DNA from: Raillietiella orientalis
Lineage: Eukaryota
Length of the DNA stretch: 64,000 bases
Assembly (NCBI GenBank): GCA_036172245.1
Contig: JAYWIR010000013.1
Location: 4,216,001 to 4,280,000 of the forward strand
Direction of reading: 5' to 3'
Shown: piece by piece, positions 61,550-64,000 of the stretch
Layout: the number at the start of each line of letters is the position of its first letter
Position numbering within the stretch: the first letter of the stretch is position 1
Notes under the pieces: generated by a model
The model's input: the letters and a program-made list of their open reading frames with translations, nothing else
Databases searched by the model: none
Told to the model about the DNA's origin: nothing
Made by a program: the position numbers and the translations under genes

Positions 61550-63420
61550 CCAACCCGAGAAGGGCGATCGGACAGCAACGGTGGGTGATAACTGACTCGA
61601 GGCCTTCCACCCCGGGTGATGATGCGCAGTGAGGGCCCACACGACCCGCGGAAAGGGCAGCATGATGTGCGCAGTTTGCGTCCAGGAGAGTTCAGGAAGC
61701 CCGGGAAGATCGGTCGAATCTCGTTAGCGTCCTCTCCTGGACTCTGGGAAGCAGTCCTGTAGGAATCCTGTCCTTGCAGGAACCACGATCTGGTTCCTAC
61801 AAGAACCCCCGCTAGCTGGAATCCCTGGCGTTCGGAAGTCCTTCCTCCAGCTCGCCTTGCATCAGCGCGCCGGCATGGCTTTCCAGACCGACCAGCCCGT
61901 TTCCATAATTTCTGGTATTTCCCGCTGTGCTCTGCTTATCTCGCCCCCCGTTGAGAACCATTTGCGGCCTCCTGGTTCCTGTTTCGGGCATCCAGCTGAC
62001 AGAGCAAGTTTGTCTCCGGGAAGAAGTTCGGGATCATGATAATTTCCCAACCGTGTACGTGCGTTCCGGTGTCACTTCCCTCTTTCAAAGAATCGTATCT
62101 GTTGCCGCGGTTGATCCGGTGCGAAATTCTCCCAAGGCCCCATTGGTTGCATGCTGGTGTCTAGCCTTTCTTGCCGCTGCCTCCCCTAGTTTGCAAGGAG
62201 CGAGCGTTCCCTTTCTTCCAGACAGACACCTGCTTTATCTAAAGAGGCCTCCACCCCAAGTTGATCCGGATCGCCAAGTTCCTCGCTGTTCTCTGAGCAA
62301 GGGAGGAATTTCTTCCTTTCCCATTACTGGTAGAGTTCCCGCCTCCGTTATTGGCAGCATTGCTTTCTGTACTAGATCGGGTCTGCTTAAGCGCTTGGTC
62401 ATTTTCAGGACGCTCTCTCCCATAAAACCCCCGGTTGCCGAGGAAACGAAAAGCCGGAAGCAGAGACTCCAAGCAGATTCTGCCCCTCCGGAACCATGGC
62501 AGCAAAGGTCACAAAATTCAGTACACGAAAGTAGGGAGCAGCACGGGGAGCGGGGTTTGATCCAGAAGCGGAAAAGGAGAGCGGAGCAATTCATTACCCA
62601 CATGCGCATTTGGAAAGTTCCGTGCGTTCTTCATCTCCTTTTCGTCTCTGACGAATACCCTCCGAACACACCGTGAAAGATGACTGTGGAATTGAGGAAA
62701 ATTGGCAGCGACTCAGCCCTGAAGATATATATAGAAGCGCCCTACATAAGAGAACGGCGACAGTGCGAATCCTGGGCACGATTGGCGCTTAGTGTGTCGG
62801 GGTGGACCCCTCTCCGCGACACCCTGGAAGCATGACCTACTCACAAGCACCGAAAGAGTCGGCAAGAGCCGGGAAACAGCATCCACTGATCGGCGGAGAG
62901 CCTTGAATAAACAAGCGCCTGACAGAAAACGCCCAGCAGCCGCGTCATCAGTTGACGGAAGAGCTAGAGGAAGAGGACGGAAAGAAGACAATGCTTCGGG
63001 CAGCTTTTTACGACCTCTCATTGCTAAACGGTGTCTTTGCCTTCGTTTGACAGCATGCCGAACAGCACCCACTCGAGTACTGAGGCGGAAAACCGTAAAA
63101 TAAGCAGACAAAAGCGGAGGTCGCTTCATGCTTGGCCGGTGGTCGTCAACCCGCACTCGGATTTGTCCTTTAACGTATCGAGCAGAACTCTTATCGCTCG
63201 CTACCATCGAGTAATGGGCCTGCTGGTAGGAAACAAAAGGTCCGTTTCCAAGCCAGAATCGCTCCTGCATCTCGGCGTTCCAGCAGATTGGGGAACGGAA
63301 AGTGGGCAGATTTGCATCTGCTCCCAGAAACCGGGCGAACAGGAACACGGGTGGGTAATCGAATGCAGTCGCCGGTGGCTGCGGCTTTCTTATCGGGACT
63401 CGTGGATCCAGCTGCGCTTG
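61550..63420 (-). mobile_element. Decayed L1/Tx1-like LINE ORF2: RT domain, thumb and CCHC knuckle
   Basis: RKPQ..AFDYPPVFL...DAN (cf. K...DYRPISLL..DYK); KRQSCPGFALSPFSY (cf. RQGCPLSP.LY); LKMTKRLSRPDLVQKAMLP (thumb-like); KDRIPT and PHCASSPGVEGLESVITHRCCP (zf-RVT-like). Confidence 0.6.
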
Positions 63421-64000
63421 CTTCCGTTTGCTGCATCCACGTCGAATGCCACCAGTAAGGCACGGCTGCCAGCATCTCATCTTTCAGATTTCGTTTTGGT
63501 TTCCTTTTTCCCAAATCATTAAAAAAAAAAAAAAAGAATGATGGTTGACACGGAGTAAATGGCAGGTACTTTCATACTGAATTTGGGGTTTCCCTTTCCG
63601 CGGAGTGCATCATCGAAGCAACCTTCTCTCCTTAAAATGGAAGAGCAATGTGGCTTGATGACAAGAAAAGCATCTTTTCATTCTTCTGTTCACCTAAGTG
63701 CTGCGTAGGAGCAGAAACAACCATCAGATGTCCCCGAAAAGCCGTAGTCAGGGGGGGAGATTTTCAGGAGTCGTGCAGCAACTTTCCTCTTTATCATTTT
63801 CCCGTGGAGAGGAAACGCGGAGTGCGATGTTTTTTCCGCGCCGAAGTGACATCTCGCCATGTGTGTGGGGAAGGGAGTCTTGATCGCAACGGAAGGAGGC
63901 CACCAGTATGGCGGCCGCCTTCATGAAGACGGCAGCAGGATGGTCTCATCTGTGACAAGAAATCGCCAAGGAAATCGCCACCATCCAGAGCGGCTTCTAG

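Overview
Eukaryotic (animal) genomic DNA with very short GT-AG introns (about 42-64 nt, a few ~100 nt), compatible with a compact invertebrate genome such as a nematode; the organism is not identified. Three genes are well supported and clustered at 9.9-20.5 kb: an 8-exon calreticulin (minus, ending HEEL), a divergently transcribed 5-exon ASNSD1 (plus), and a convergent gene encoding four tandem MAM domains (minus) whose last exon overlaps the ASNSD1 coding end by 91 nt. Most of the rest is a graveyard of old mobile and retroposed DNA: several L1/Tx1-like LINE fragments, hAT (Buster/SPIN-type) transposase fossils, Ty3/gypsy fragments, a diverged 28S rRNA fragment, a U6 snRNA copy, three foldback/hairpin elements and a degenerate 40-bp array. 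A GC/CpG-rich island at ~47.8-54.7 kb probably holds a plus-strand gene for a disordered protein. The most interesting candidate is a frameshifted minus-strand reading frame at ~3.2-4.1 kb resembling a borna/nyami-like Mononegavirales nucleoprotein (possible endogenous viral element). All homology calls come from manual translation and remembered motifs, not from database searches. Most ORF-track entries in GC-rich regions are spurious.
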